Assembly (NCBI RefSeq): GCF_028641065.1
Contig: NC_073379.1
Span: 46,996,001-47,060,000, forward strand
Reading direction: 5' to 3'
Source: Leucoraja erinacea
Lineage: Eukaryota
Length of the DNA stretch: 64,000 nucleotides
The position numbers and the translations under genes were made by a program. This document shows, in pieces, positions 11,811 through 25,050 of the stretch. Numbering within the stretch: position 1 is the stretch's first letter; each line of letters opens with the position of its first letter. The notes beneath the pieces are model-generated. The model did not search any database and was not told where the DNA came from. It was given only the letters and a program-made list of their open reading frames with translations.

Positions 11811-12172
11811 ACCTTGGAGAAGATGTGTTACTGACACCAGAGGCTAAAGTCAGCTAAATCACCTCATCAAATCACACTTAACTGAACTGGATGCAGATCG
11901 CCAATCAAGCTCATCTCGCACATTGGCAATATCTGGTATGAGTCCTTGCACATTAAAGACCAGGGCACTGTTATAATAGTAGGAAGACAAAAAAAAAAAC
12001 TGACTTAAAATTACCCAAAAGATAAAAGCAAAGTAATTCGCATATCACTGTACCTTAATTGGCACACATAACAATAAAATACCGTTGACACCTTTAATAG
12101 GAAGTTAATGTGGAATCAGATGCTTCAACAAAATTGCATGTGGCTAAAACTGTGACCAGCAGTTTAGACTAA

Positions 12173-12290
12173 AGGGCCTGTCCCACTTAGGCGATTTTTT
12201 AGGCGACTGCAGGAGACTATGCGATCGCCACATGGTCGCCACATGTTCACCGGTGGTTGCCGGGGTGTCGCCTGCATGGTCATGAGTAGT
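12173..12290 (+). mobile_element. Solo left end of a Harbinger MITE
   Basis: TAA|AGGGCCTGTCCCACTT resembles the TIR at 3814; GGCGA/TCGCC subterminal motifs; no right TIR found. Confidence 0.7.
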
Positions 12291-12302
12291 TTCCTCAGTG
12301 GA

Positions 12303-12334
12303 CTGAAGAAGGGTCTCGACCCGAAACGTCACCT
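12303..12334 (+). ncRNA. Minimal type I hammerhead ribozyme motif in a Penelope pLTR fragment
   Basis: CTGAAGA-A-GGGTC-TC-GACCC-GAAAC-GTC: core boxes, 5-bp stem II, palindromic ACGT stem III, GUC triplet. Stem I is poor. Confidence 0.65.
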
Positions 12335-13249
12335 ATTCCTTCTCTCCATTAATGCTGCCTCACCCGATGATTTACACCAGCCTTTTGAGTCTACCTACTG
12401 TCTATTTGCTTCTCGGTATACAGCATATCATAATTATTAACTTTGGCTGCTGAATTAGTCCTAACAGATAATGTCAACAATGTGATAATGACAATGTGGC
12501 CATGTTTCACAAGTCGATTACATTAAAGTGTAACATTTTGATGTTTCAACTTGCATGAACAATTTGATATAGTGCCGACTATTGAATTCCTCTTCAGGTC
12601 CGCCAAGGTGTAAATGGCCTTTTTTGACATTATCAAATGTTGAATCAATTAAAGCAATGTTCAGAAGTCATTCCCTGTGTGAAGCCTGTTTGGGAATTTA
12701 GTTAAATTACCTCAATATTGATGGATGCTTTGGAATGAGACAAATAAAGGACTGTGTCAGCAAAAAAAGCCTCAAGCTGATTTCTTGGCCCATGTTTTTC
12801 AGGCATCATAATTTGTTTCCCTTGATTCAGGTTACTCAGTTGTTTCTTGAGTTTGTGTTGAATGTGAACATCTAAATCTTCACTGGTGATGAAAGTAAAC
12901 TATAATTCCTCCTGGAGGTAACTATCAGGTGTGCATTGACCAACTCTTGAATAACATCTCACTAATTTTGGTTCAAAACCACAGTGTTCCCAAATTACAT
13001 TATATGCAATATATATATATTTCATACAGATACCTGCTTAACCTACTATCATTATAAATGGCACTCAAAAGAGGCATAGTTTAGTGCAATAATGGGAGCA
13101 CATTGGAGAAGCTAAATGCCAAAAAGAATATATTTGAATAGAAACTTTGACCTACACGGAACAATTGACCCTCAATCTGATTATTTGACTCTGCTTATCT
13201 CACCTAGAACAAGAATTTGCAAAATCTAAGTTTCAATCATTGCTGAGCA

Positions 13250-13660
13250 GTGAAACGACAAAGATAAATACTTTAAAATGTATTGAGGATATGAAGAGCA
13301 GATCTGATCAGATTCATTGGAATCTTTGTGTATCATCCCACCCTATCGTATGGAGATGGATGTTCTTGATACAATCTCATCCGAGCACAGAGGGCAACAT
13401 TCAAAGTTCAAAATCGCTCCCTGATTCGTGGGCATACCATCTACAAAATGCACTGCAGTTACTCTCTTTTTAAATTTAGATATCTCCCAGACCCTTGAAA
13501 GGCAAGGCATGTGGAAACGCCACCTAGACTTACCTGAATCTATTTCTGTTCCTTTATGAATCCTGCAACCCCTCCTGCCAACAACACTTCACCAGGGCAA
13601 CAGTGGTTTAAGAAGACCGATTACCACCACCTACCCGACCAATGATGAATGTTGTAATAA
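13250..13660 (+). mobile_element. Old CR1/L2-group LINE 3' region
   Basis: CCATCTACAAAATGCACTGCAG...GTGGTTTAAGAAG...ACCACCACCT; a related minus-strand copy lies at 33085-33240. Confidence 0.55.
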
Positions 13661-15299
13661 TGCTGACAAAGTCAGTAATATCTGTGTGCAAAATTAATAA
13701 CTTTAGAAGATGGACTAACAGCTTCCCTTCTGGAATCCCAGAAGGTTGGTTAACTGATGCGTGGTTTTGTCAGATCAGTAATGACCAAGAAACTGGTGAT
13801 GTTCTGTTCACTTCTTCATTTAGATAAACTTCACTTTGCTCCTAAACCACTTCCTTCCTTCAAGGAGTACACTCAGGTTAATTATGCAATCTTGTAATCC
13901 TAATGAGAAATCCTTGAATGAAGAGATAGCAAGTAAGAAAAAATTGGTGGTTAAATTGACTCAGAACTTTTTTCCATTATCTCCTCGTATCATCTGTAGC
14001 AGGTGCTTTGCCCTTACTTTAGCAGGGCATTTTTATACGTCTGCATCTCCATTGATGATGGTGAATTCAAATAAAGTGTCACTATTTTAAAATTTATGGT
14101 CATCTATTTAAATTAGAGCAGAGCTCAATGTTTTTTTTTTCAGATTTTATTTTCCTTAAAGGAAGCAGGGGCTTCAAATATTTTTAAGACAGATATAGAA
14201 ACATAAGAAGGTGATTACTATGGATAGACAGTAATGTGGTATTGTGATAAAAACTGAGTAGCCAGCATCATATTAAGCTCCAGTGTTCTTGTCCTGCTAA
14301 TAATTTGTGGGTAATGGGAAGGAACTGCAGATGCTGATTTATACCGAAGATAGAGTTACTCCAGCACTTTGTGTCTAATAATTTGTTTTTATCGGCCAGG
14401 AGTTCATTGAAATGGAAGGTTTAGAGATTTCCAAATAACAAATGTAGGTTTTGTAGATAGATAAGCTGTGCAGGAACCAAAACAGACCTTTTTATGGAAG
14501 AGAAAATTAACAGATGGAGCGATATGGATCTATAATCCACAACTCATCTCAGGATCGAATGTGCTACCAAGATTGCAAACATCTTGGTTCAAGCAGTTGC
14601 CAGAAAGAAGCATTAATTAGTTGTCTGGTGAGAATATTGTGTCATTGGGATTGTGGTCCTCCCAATATTTAGGTTTGGTTTAGATCACCTTTTCCAAGTG
14701 ACTCTCTGAATTGGATTGCAGAGACAAGGGATGCACTGCTATCATTTATGCTTTGGGTTGAATAATTGGTATTCCAACTTTTGTTTTGTGCAAGTATACT
14801 CTGTTGCTGCACAGTATTTTTACTTTTAGTCCATTGCTGTACGATAAGGTTTCTTCAGTCTCCACAGATAGAAAATGAGAATTATCTTGTACTGATATAT
14901 GTCCACTGCATTCTCTACAACCTGAGAAGCCTGTTGAAAATCAGGTGCAATGGAAGTTTGTTCCTCCTGGCATATCAAGAGTTGATACGGCCTTGGCTGG
15001 ACAGCACACTTCTGACTACATACAAGACTCATTGCAGAGGGCATGCTCTGTCACATTCACTGATTATATCAAAGCACCCACAACATTTTGATGTTGGTAT
15101 TAGTTTATCATTGACATATGGACCGCAATACTGTGAAAGACTTTGTGTGCTATCCAGTCAAATCTTACCATACATGAGTACAATTATCTCTTACATGAAT
15201 CCAACAGATTGTGCAAAATGTGAGAGGCAATGGAGTGCAGAATTTTGAGTTGCAACTGAAGTGCAAATGCTTCAACAAGATTAGGATATCATGGATTCA

Positions 15300-15660
15300 T
15301 CGTTAAATTATAGGAGACCAGTTCAACAGTCTGATAACAGCAGAGAAGGAGATGTTCTTGAAACTAGTGCTTTTCAAGTTTTCGTATCTTCTGCTGACAG
15401 GAAAGGGGAGAAGAGGGAATGAACTGGGTGCGGGTGGTTCTTGATTAAATTGGTATATTTTCTGAGGCAGCTTGAAGTGCAAATTAAGTTGAGAGTATGG
15501 CGGCTGATTTGTGTGATGAACTGGAGTGGATCCACAACTTTGCATTTATTGTAGTGTTGGACAGCAGAGCTAAGAAAACAAGCTGTGATACATCCGGATA
15601 GGATGCTTTCTGTGATGCATCTGTGGAGATTGGTAAGAGTTGTTGGTAAGAGCTAAGAAA
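15300..15660 (-). mobile_element. Rex1/Babar-like LINE 3' fragment
   Basis: RRYENLKSTSFKNISFSAVIRLLN resembles the Rex1 C-terminus RRYRSLKTxTSRFKNSFFPxxIRLLN. Confidence 0.75.
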
Positions 15661-17554
15661 GTGTGACTCAGACTTTTGCTGGTGTTTTCAACTAGCATTT
15701 ACAATCCTTTGGAGATGGCTGTCAAAGTCCAGAATAAATTAGTACACACATGTAAAGGAAGGAATGCACAGCGTAGATATGCAATTAGAGCTAACATTCT
15801 AAGCACCCTGTCTCTGTTTATAAAATCATCTGTTTAGCTCCTTTGCAACCATCCCAAATACTGACATTAAGATTGCAGGATGTTCTCAGCAATTTGATTA
15901 ATTCAAAGTGCAAATTTTAGAGAGATGGATAAAGGCTCTTCTGCTCGCTATTTGGCGGTTCCTATTGGCAGCGGGTTGCAAGCCTGCAGTAGGTAATAAT
16001 ACTTGCTCCCATTCAATCACCCACTCCTGCCACTAATCCTTCCTCACTTTATGTTTTGTGATTATTGAATTGACATCTTCTAAGATCTTTCCAGACAAAC
16101 ACAAAAAATGCTTCACTCGAGAAAGGCATCTGCGTTGAATATATGGCAACAACCCAGCACCACATTTTTAATAGGCGTGTATTTTTCAGAGATTTTGTTC
16201 CCCCATTTTTCCTTGCCTTGATCCAGCCGTGGGTTTAGTTTCATGGTCACCTGAATTCAATGAGCAAGTATGGCTGAATATCACGGGTGAAGGGCATTAT
16301 TCTTCAGTGTTGCCAGGCTGATATCAGCATGAGGCACGTTGTTATTTCACTTATCTCACTGATGCTGAGAAGGAGGGATAGAGAATAAATACATACATGC
16401 TTCTGTGGAAATAAAAATAATAATAACGTTTCCAGATAGCAAAAGCTTTGGTAGCATTGGAGACTGACTGCTGAGATGAATACAAAATAAGGGATTAACA
16501 TGACTGACAAGAAACTAAAATGACTGGCGCAGTCTGGTTTTAATAGGATTTCCAAAACTTTATTTGATACCTTTCTCATTTACTATACAATTCAAATTTT
16601 ACTTTGCTGCTTACGGCTGCTACTGCTGCAACATTCTGTTTACAAAAATCGCAAGGAAATCATGTTACAGGGTAAACATATGTGGGGGAGAGTCAGATTC
16701 AAAATATTCATTATTTGCAGCACAGCAGAATCCCGCCCACTATTAAAACATGAAATCCTACCATTAAAATGACACCTCATTATCTATTAATACGGTGCAT
16801 CTATTCATTCAGGTACCAAGAGACCTCAGCCAAGCCATGTGGTATCCTGATGCCTCCTTGTGATGTTCTTGATAGCAGATTGAAGGGGTGGAGTTCATGA
16901 CACATGTACAGAGTTGTCTATAATTGCTGTGTTGCCTGCTTATTTTATGAAGGAATTAGGTTAATGGCTAAGATAAGGCTGCAACATTGCACACGCCACT
17001 TCAGTTGTGTGGCAGATCATTGAGATGCAAACACCACAAGGAGAAAGATTTCTTCTGGGAGCTTTGTACAGAAAATCATCCATGGTTTTAAATTAGTTGC
17101 CCATAACTGTAAGATTTTAATTGAACTTTATTATTTTCTTGACCTTGTAACTCACCAGCAACAAAGTCATGAGAGACCTATTCAGTGAGTTTGAACCATA
17201 TTCATACACCTATGAATAGAACTAATGGGCCAAACAGCCAACTGTTCCACTTCAATGTATTATGATTGCATGTCTTTCATATCATTATACTTTATTGCTC
17301 CCATATCACTGTGCCATAATATTTTCCTTTTCAATGTGTGATCCGTGCTTGTCAGGATGTCAGGAAATAAAGCGGTCTCTGAAGGGAGGAAATGTGTGCC
17401 AAAGGTGCAATAATCAACATGTCATAGTATTTTAAAAAAAGGATGAGATTGCTCTATGATAGCCCCCACAATGTGGTCACTCGACTGAAAATACTAGTTA
17501 GTTCAAAAAATGGTGCAGAAGCGTAAAGAAATGTAAGTATATTTATTTATTGGT

Positions 17555-17825
17555 GCCAGGATCTGGTAACGGGGGGTGAAAAATATGGTTGGTATATCCC
17601 TTTTTGCTGAGTTTTTTATAATAGAGCGATTGTTTCTCTTTCTTTCTTTCTTTTCTAGGGTCTATTTCTTAACTTTCTTCTCTAACTCTCTTTCTAATGG
17701 GCTCTCTTTTCCCAACACTTTCCTGCACTATCACGACTCTCTCTCACTTTCCTTACTTCTTTTATTTCTATCTTTCTTAAAGCTCAAAAAATGAAGGGGT
17801 ACAACAAATGTAATACGATATATGT
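17555..17825 (+). mobile_element. Probable L1-type 3' UTR fragment (pyrimidine-rich)
   Basis: Organisation like the 3' UTR at 48880-49090; no poly-A tail or TSD. Confidence 0.35.
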
Positions 17826-17869
17826 GGTGGCAGAAGGGTCCTGGTGAGCCATGTGGCATATCGATCCCG

Positions 17870-18200
17870 GCGAGGGAGGATTGAATTGCATTTCTATTAA
17901 TGTGAGAGAAGGATATGGATAGGTACATACAACTGGGACTTTGTAGCTGTAACTAAAACCTAGCTAAGAGAAGAACAGGAAAACCAGGTGTATGAAGCAA
18001 GCTGCCAGAGGAGGTAGTTGAGGCAGGGACTATCCCAATGTTTAAGAGAGAGCTTGTAAGGCACGTGAATAGGACAGGTTTGGAGAGATATGGACCATGC
18101 ACAGGCAGATGGGACTAGTTGGCTGTAGCTGGGACATGTTGGCCGGTGTGGGCACGTTGGGCTGAATAGCCTGTGTCCACACTGTATCATTCTTTGACTC
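17870..18200 (+). mobile_element. CR1 endonuclease fragment fused to a CR1 3' end
   Basis: WDFVAVTKT*LREEQ (ETWL motif region), then LPEEVVEAGT and the tail. Confidence 0.7.
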
Positions 18201-18364
18201 TATCTGCATACCTGACTGCAGGCCTGGCTCGCCTGCTGCATACCCAAAATCCCGCCGGATAGACCCATTGGGTCGCACAGGCTGACACAGAAAGACCCAG
18301 TGTGCTGCAGCCTGGAAGCGGGAAGCCACCAAGCCAAGACCCTGCTCGTCCCCTGGTGAGCAGA

Positions 18365-18980
18365 GAACAGAAGAGGAGGGTTTATAGTACTCTCATAATA
18401 AGGTGATCATCCCCTTTTTATTTCTCAGCTCCACCCATACAGTTTAACTGGATGAACCATCAGTAATGTCATCTTGGACTACTTCCATTACATTCTTCTT
18501 CATCAATAAAGTGACATTCCCTCCTCTACCTCGCCTGTAGCAACTGTACCCTGGAACATTAAGCTGCTAGTCCTGTTCTTCTCGTAGCCAGGTTTTAGTA
18601 ACAGCTACAAAGTCCCAGTGTCATGCACCCGTCCATGTCCCGAGTTCACCCAGTTTACTCATCAGGTCTCTCACATTAAAAGAAATGTAATTCAATCCTC
18701 ACTCCCCGCCATGCTTCTGCTTATCCTGTCCACTGAGCTTTCTTACATCGCCTTCCATACCAACTTCCAGCCTTTTACCTGCCTCAGTCTGATCTCCCTC
18801 TTCCTATCCTCACTGTCATGTGCTCCTGGTGGTAATCCTGAAATCACTGGAGGTCCTGCTGTTTAACTTTTTTGCCTAACTCCCTATATTAATTTTCCTA
18901 CCAATGTAATTTGTGCCAACATGCACAATAACTTCTGGCTGTTCACCCTCCCCCTTGACTATGTCAGGAGCTGCTTGGAG
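18365..18980 (-). mobile_element. CR1 ORF2 endonuclease region and upstream sequence
   Basis: Minus translation VAVTKTWLREEQD*QLNVPGYSC...VWVELRNKKG. Confidence 0.75.
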
Positions 18981-19147
18981 ACTTTCATTCAATTCTATCA
19001 GTTCCTGATTACCCAACAATGTCGACTCAGAGACTCAGTATATTTAGTATTGCCCTCATGATTTTGTACACCTCTCGATGATTCTAAGATCTCCCTTCAG
19101 CCTCTTGCAATCCAAGGAATAAAGTCCTCACTTGTCCAATCTTTCCC

Positions 19148-19175
19148 GATGGATGGATGGATGGATGGATAGATG
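19148..19175. repeat. (GGAT)n microsatellite
   Basis: Directly visible. Confidence 0.9.
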
Positions 19176-20154
19176 ATTAATGACCAGAAACGTCACCCAT
19201 TCTTTCTCTCCAGAGATGCTGCTTGTCCTGCTGAGTTATTCCAGCATTTTCGGTGTAAACCAGCATCTGCGGTTCCTTCCTGCAAATAGATAATTGATGG
19301 GCTCAGGCATGGAGAAAGCAATTTCAATATTTACCAAGAACACCAAACAAATACTTGAGGAGTTGAAATGTCAGGGTTTAATTAAACATAAAATCTGCAC
19401 ATTCTTGAGATCTAAAATAAAAACATAAAATACCGGAAATACTCCTCTGAGTGTTTTGGTTTCCTCCACATCACAGAGCTCAGCTGGTCGGGAGGTTAAT
19501 TGGCCTATGCTCATTGCCACAAGTGTGTAGGTAAGTGCTAGAATGCGAGGAGACCAGTGAGACTAAGTGGAGAATAAAATGATGGGATGAGTGTAAGGTT
19601 AGTGTAAACAGGTGATTGATGGTTGGTGTAGAATTGATGAGCAGAAAGGCATGTTTCTGTGCTGTATCTCTCTATGACGATGGGACTCCATCAGAAACCT
19701 GTTTGTGTTGCTTACAACCCTTCCGCCACTAGAGACAGTTGCTCGCTCAGTCAAAGCCCCACATGTCCATCGGAGACCAATCTGAGTTTTGCCTGCCTTT
19801 CCACCATTATAAGACTCCCCCATCCCTTCTCCTCTTCTGGTAAGACTCCTGCCCATCCGCCCTGGGGAGCAGGAGAATGCCTTTGTGGTTGAAGCATTTG
19901 GATAGGAAATGAAAGATATGGATCTAATGCAGTGAAATTGGGATTAGCATAGATCGGCATCATGGTCGGCATGATAGTTGGGCTGACTGGCATGTTTCTG
20001 TGCCATACAACTCTATGACATTGTGTCATGATTTGCCCAACAACATGGCACTGCAAATGATTCTTATTCCTGGTGGCAGTCTGCAACAGAAAATTTTCCT
20101 GAGCATTGAGTTGCAAACTAGATCGGCCTAAAGAAAAGGAAATGTGACTAAAGG

Positions 20155-20452
20155 AAAGCGATGGCACAGTGGCATAGCTATAGAGCTGTTACCTTGTAAC
20201 GCCAGAGACACGGGTTCAATCCTGACTACAGGAGCTGTCTGTATGGAGTTTGTACATTCACTCTGAGACCACATAGGTTTTCTCTAGGTGCTCCAGTTTC
20301 CTCTCACACTCCATAGACATACAGGTTTGTAGGCTAATTGGTACATTGTTCCTAGTGTGTAGGATACTGCTCCTGTACAGGGTGATCGCTGGTCGGCGCG
20401 GACTTAATGGGCCAATGGGCCTTTTTCCATGCTGTATCTCTAAAGTCTAAAG
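20155..20452 (+). mobile_element. HE1-like SINE
   Basis: A/B-box head, V-SINE-like body, CR1-type tail. Confidence 0.85.
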
Positions 20453-22017
20453 AAAGTGACAAAAGGGCAGGGTCTCTCCATCTTACTGTCATCTGAGTTA
20501 GAATATCTGTATGGAAGAGTTAACCTCATGCCTGCCTGTCTATTTGCTGATGCATTGCAGGAAGATCCACATTAAATAGTTAATGATGGTTTGAATATGA
20601 GAAACAGTGTCAAGGTTAGGCTAATTGGCCCCACATACATGCTCAGCAATTTAATAATGTTGTGGCTGATTCAATATTGACCTCAAACACTCTCATTCTC
20701 ATTCCTCACTTGATTTCCTCACAGCCTTCGACATTCAGTCCTTTCACCCAAGTCACCAATGTGAATGTAAATATATTGTCCCTTTTACACTGCACTAGTT
20801 GCTAATCTGAAAATGACCCATCTCTCCCTCTCTCTGATTTTGTCATTGCCACCCCTCTCCAGACTAAATCTCTACTATCTCATCTCGTGCAGAACCCTTA
20901 TATGCGTCACCTTTGTGAAAACATTCTGGAAATTCAAAAAACTACTTCCAGAAGCCAAAAAAAGGAGAGCTGTTGGAGGAGCTCATTGGGTGGAGGGAAA
21001 TGGATACTGAATGTTTCAGGATGAGAACCTTTATCTAAACTGGAAGATAATGGGTCCTAACTTGAAATGTCAATTGTTCATTTCTCTCTACTGATGTTGT
21101 CTGACCCATTGAGTTCCCTTAGCAGTTCTTTTTTTGTTTTTTGCTACATATTAAAGCATCTGAAGTTTTTTGTGCCTCCATTTTACCTCGCCTCTTTGCT
21201 GCTTCACGAACGTGTTTGATGAATGCTCTATCGTGCTTATCATACACTTTTTCCATTCTTAAAACCATTTTGACTCTGTATGTTTGCCTTATGACTTTCT
21301 AATGTTCTGCTCTTAATGTCCATAACCATGGATTCCAGCTTTTTCCAATGGCAGATGTTATGCTAAGCAGCCTATAGTCACCTAGTTTATGTTTCTAGCT
21401 TTCATTGACTCTGGTGCTAGATGATGTTATATAAGACCAGTGGTTTTTCTAGTTTTCTATTTTGCACGTCTATTCTCATTATATTTGCAAGACTCATGTT
21501 ATTTCCCTGACTGGTCCTGTTATGAGTGACACAGTAAACTTACCACTGGATCAGGATGTTTGTGACAGTATTAGCTAACTCAAGTTGGTTCTCTAAAATT
21601 CCAAAATGAGTCAATACATTGGTCATGAAGATAATGAAGGATATTGAAGATTTGAGAAAATTAGAGAGTTATGAGATATATACAAATTGAACATTCTTGT
21701 TCTGACTGCCAAAGCATATCTATTGCTTGCTGCATGCCACTGGTGAAAGTCAGGCTGAGTGAAGGTGGGACAATGTATTAATTCAGGTCAGAGGAGTAAG
21801 ACTTCCTATGGTTGAGATGATATGAAAGTATTATATTTGGCAATGGAAATTCAAATACTATAGCCTCAAAATCAATGTTATCGGCCAAACTTCGTAATCC
21901 ATTTCCTGGAGCCAAACAGCTATTCAGTTCCCATGGCACAATTGATGATCAATGAGTCAGCCATTGAATTCTAATGAGCAAATATGATCAAAGTTATAAA
22001 AATATTCACAGTGAGTC

Positions 22018-22480
22018 AAAGGTGGACAAAAATGCTGGATAAACTCAGCGGGTGAGGCAGCATCTATGGAGCGAAGGAATAGGAGACATTTCGGGTCGAG
22101 ACATTCTTCAGGCTGATGTGCAGTGGGGGCTGGTAGAAGATAGGAAGAGGCGGAAACAGTGGGCTGTGGGAGAGCTGGGAAGGTGAGGGGAAGGAGAAAG
22201 CAAGGACTACCTGAAATTGGAGGTCAATGTTTCAGGCAGTCCTTGTTTTCTCCCTCATTCCCCTACCCTTCCCAGCTCTCCCACAGCCACTGTCTCCATC
22301 TCTTCCTTTCTTCTTCCAGTCTCCCCCCCCCCCCCACTCCCCACATCAGTCTGAAGAAGGGTCTTGACCCGAAACATCACCTATTCCTTCGCTCCATAGA
22401 TGCTGCCTCACCCGCTGGGTTTATCCAGCATTTTTGACTACCTTCGATTTTTCCAGCATCTGCAGCTCTTTCTTAAACAT
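22018..22480. mobile_element. Penelope fold-back element (inverted pLTR pair)
   Basis: About 200-bp inverted arms centred near 22225; TSD ACAGTGAGTC (22008-22017) / ACAATGAGTC (22481-22490); hammerhead cores in both arms. Confidence 0.8.
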
Positions 22481-22574
22481 ACAATGAGTCTGATGCATTT
22501 CTCAGCTTCCAAACAAGGTAAGATGTCCATAATTTTCCTTGGCAATCGATTTTATTAAAGAGACGATAGCTGGT

Positions 22575-22892
22575 AATGCAGTGGCACATCTTGTAGAACT
22601 GCTGCCTCACAGTGCCAGAAACCCAAGTTCAATCCTGGCATCGGTTGCTGTTTATGTAGAGTGTGCATGTTCTCCCTTTGTCTGAATGGGTTTCCTATGT
22701 GTGCACCGATTTCCTCCCACACCCTAAAGATGTAAAATTTGTGTTTATTTGCTTCTGTAAATTGCCCCAAGTGTGTGCATGTAAAGAGGTATAACATAGA
22801 ACTAGTGTGAATAAGTGATCGACGGTCAGCATGGACGTAGTGGGCCGAAGGGCTTGTTTTCATCCTGTATATCTAACATAAACTAATCTAAA
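22575..22892 (+). mobile_element. HE1-like SINE
   Basis: Complete head-body-tail structure. Confidence 0.85.
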
Positions 22893-23734
22893 TGTGCAAG
22901 TTGGTATGCAGCAGAACAACCACAGATGATATCCATCCATTAGTTGACTTGTCAACTGTTTATCTATTTTAGGTCCATTACAATTTATCCTTTTCAAGCA
23001 AAAAGAGAACTCGAAGAACACGAGGGCTCAGGGCTTTAATTCAGCTCAATCTGTGCACACTGTGGTTTGACTCTTATACAGTTGAAGTGCACATCATTAC
23101 TCTTTTACGTGTAATGAGGGCTGCAGAGAGCAGCATGAAAAGAACTGCTGACAGTTCAGCGCAATGCTGTTCATTGTAACAGACCTATTACATGTGTGTC
23201 GTTGAGACGCATAAATGGATCTCATTTTGCTCATCTTTCAGATTGTTGGAACAGCTTGAGTTTAAAGGAACGGTCTAAGTTGGCATTAGCTGATTAGTTT
23301 TACACTGTTTTCCTGTGTTTTTTTTGTGACTTCAACTGCCTTGCCACTTAGTCTGAATGACAAATGCACAATGCTGCACATTGTATCAGACTGGCAAATT
23401 ATTAAACAATCAAGTATACAAGCCAAACCACTGCATTTAACATGGGTGCCAGCAATGAGAGCTTAACATTTACCACATGTGATACGCACTGTGCCTTATT
23501 GTAAATCCCTTCCTGATATTTTTTTAAAATAATTCTACATGTTGAAAAACCATTGTATTAACTGGTGGTACTTGTTATGGCATCCTTTAAATGTTTTGGA
23601 GTTAAATTAAACTATATGTTTTACCAGTTACCACCCTCTCCCATGGCAAAATAATTGATTTCCCCCCTTCCCCCTTCCACCATGCTCATGTATTTATATT
23701 AGCCAACTGAGAATTATACAAATAGTACAAACTA

Positions 23735-24535
23735 ATCTATCGGGAGACCCATCAGTTTGCAACGTGCTCTGTTTACCAAGGCCTGCTGGATCGCCTGGTT
23801 GCGAACATTTAACTCCCCTTCCCATTCCCATTCTAATCATTCCTGTCTTGGCCTCCTCCAATGCCACAGTAAGGCCACACGCAAACTGGAGGAACAGCAC
23901 CCCTTATTCCACTTGGGTAGCTTACAACCCAATGTTATTGACATTAAATTCTTCAATTTCAAGTAATACCTCCCAACACCCTCTTCCTTTCCTGTACCAC
24001 CTCTAATGAAATGAAATGAAATGAAATGATTCAATTTATTGTCATTGTCAGTGTACAGTACAGAGACAACGAAATGCATTAACTGGTCTTGGGACTAATC
24101 CCCATCTTCACTCATTTCTCCCACTATCACCTGTCCCCTCAGCCATGCTGCTACTTTCCTCTCCTTCATATGCTCATCTCCCATTACTGATCCTTCAATT
24201 AACTTTTAACCCCCCTCAGCTCTATCCCTCCCACTGGCTTTACATTTCACGGCTCTTCCCTCCTTTTCTGAAAATATTTTGGCTTTTGTCACTAATTCCA
24301 TCCATTTGTCAATCCAACTCCCTCCTCACCGATATCCACCTATCACTTACCAAATGTTGTCCTTCCCCTCCCTCTTTTCTGGCTTTCTCTCCCTTACTGC
24401 AATCAGTCTGCAGAAAGGTCCCAACCAGAAAGGACACCTGCCCATTCCCTCCACAGATGTCTGACCCATTAGGTTCTTCCAGCACTTTGTGTTTTGTTCA
24501 AGATTCCATCATCTACAGTCTCTTCTGTCTCCATG
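23735..24535 (+). mobile_element. Penelope-like retroelement 3' part: GIY-YIG endonuclease C-terminus plus pLTR
   Basis: FNSPSHSH...LGLLQCHSKATRKLEEQHPLFHLGSLQPNVIDIKFFNFK*; the downstream pLTR has a decayed hammerhead core near 24408. Confidence 0.85.
24005..24080 (-). mobile_element. Severely truncated Rex1-type 3' tail with (ATTTC)n
   Basis: Nearly identical to 26052-26112 and to the reverse complement of 30897-30960. Confidence 0.75.
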
Positions 24536-25050
24536 CATTATTAAGAGTTGAATTCTGTCCAATCACAGTCTCTTTCTATTTATTATTATTGATTTAAATG
24601 CTTGGAAGATTGTGAAGTGTGTAAATGCAACTTCCTGATGTGTGGTCTTGATGATTAAACACGAGGGCTGCAAGTGCACCTCACATTTTCTAATGTTGGT
24701 GTTGTAACTGAACAAAAATAGTAAGATTAAACGAGAACTTACCAGTTTGGTCTTTATTTTATGAGGAGTTACGATGAGCGATTACATGAAGAAGCCCACC
24801 AGTCCGCATGCGCGTCAATCTTCAAAGCAGCGGTGTGAAATCACAAATACTGTAACAGTAGTTGAAGTGACATAGTAAAATTAGAGAAGACTAGAACTAC
24901 CAGATGACCTTCATGATACGAGGGTTGGGAGCGGAGGGCACGTACTCGCTCATCGTAACTCCTCATAAATTAAATATCAAACTTCAAACTGGTAAGTTCT
25001 CATTTAATCTTACTATTTTACTTCGGAGTCACGTGAGTGATTCCGTGAAA

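Noticed and set aside
14766-15248. 160-aa ORF
   Set aside because: TTG start, no recognisable motif or splice structure.
20155-20240. tRNA genes at SINE heads (also 6194, 6943, 22575, 26260-26330, 37005, 51633)
   Set aside because: A/B boxes continue into SINE body and LINE tail; no complete cloverleaf.
24145-24597. Hydrophobic 150-aa membrane-protein-like ORF
   Set aside because: Artefact of the pyrimidine-rich Penelope pLTR.
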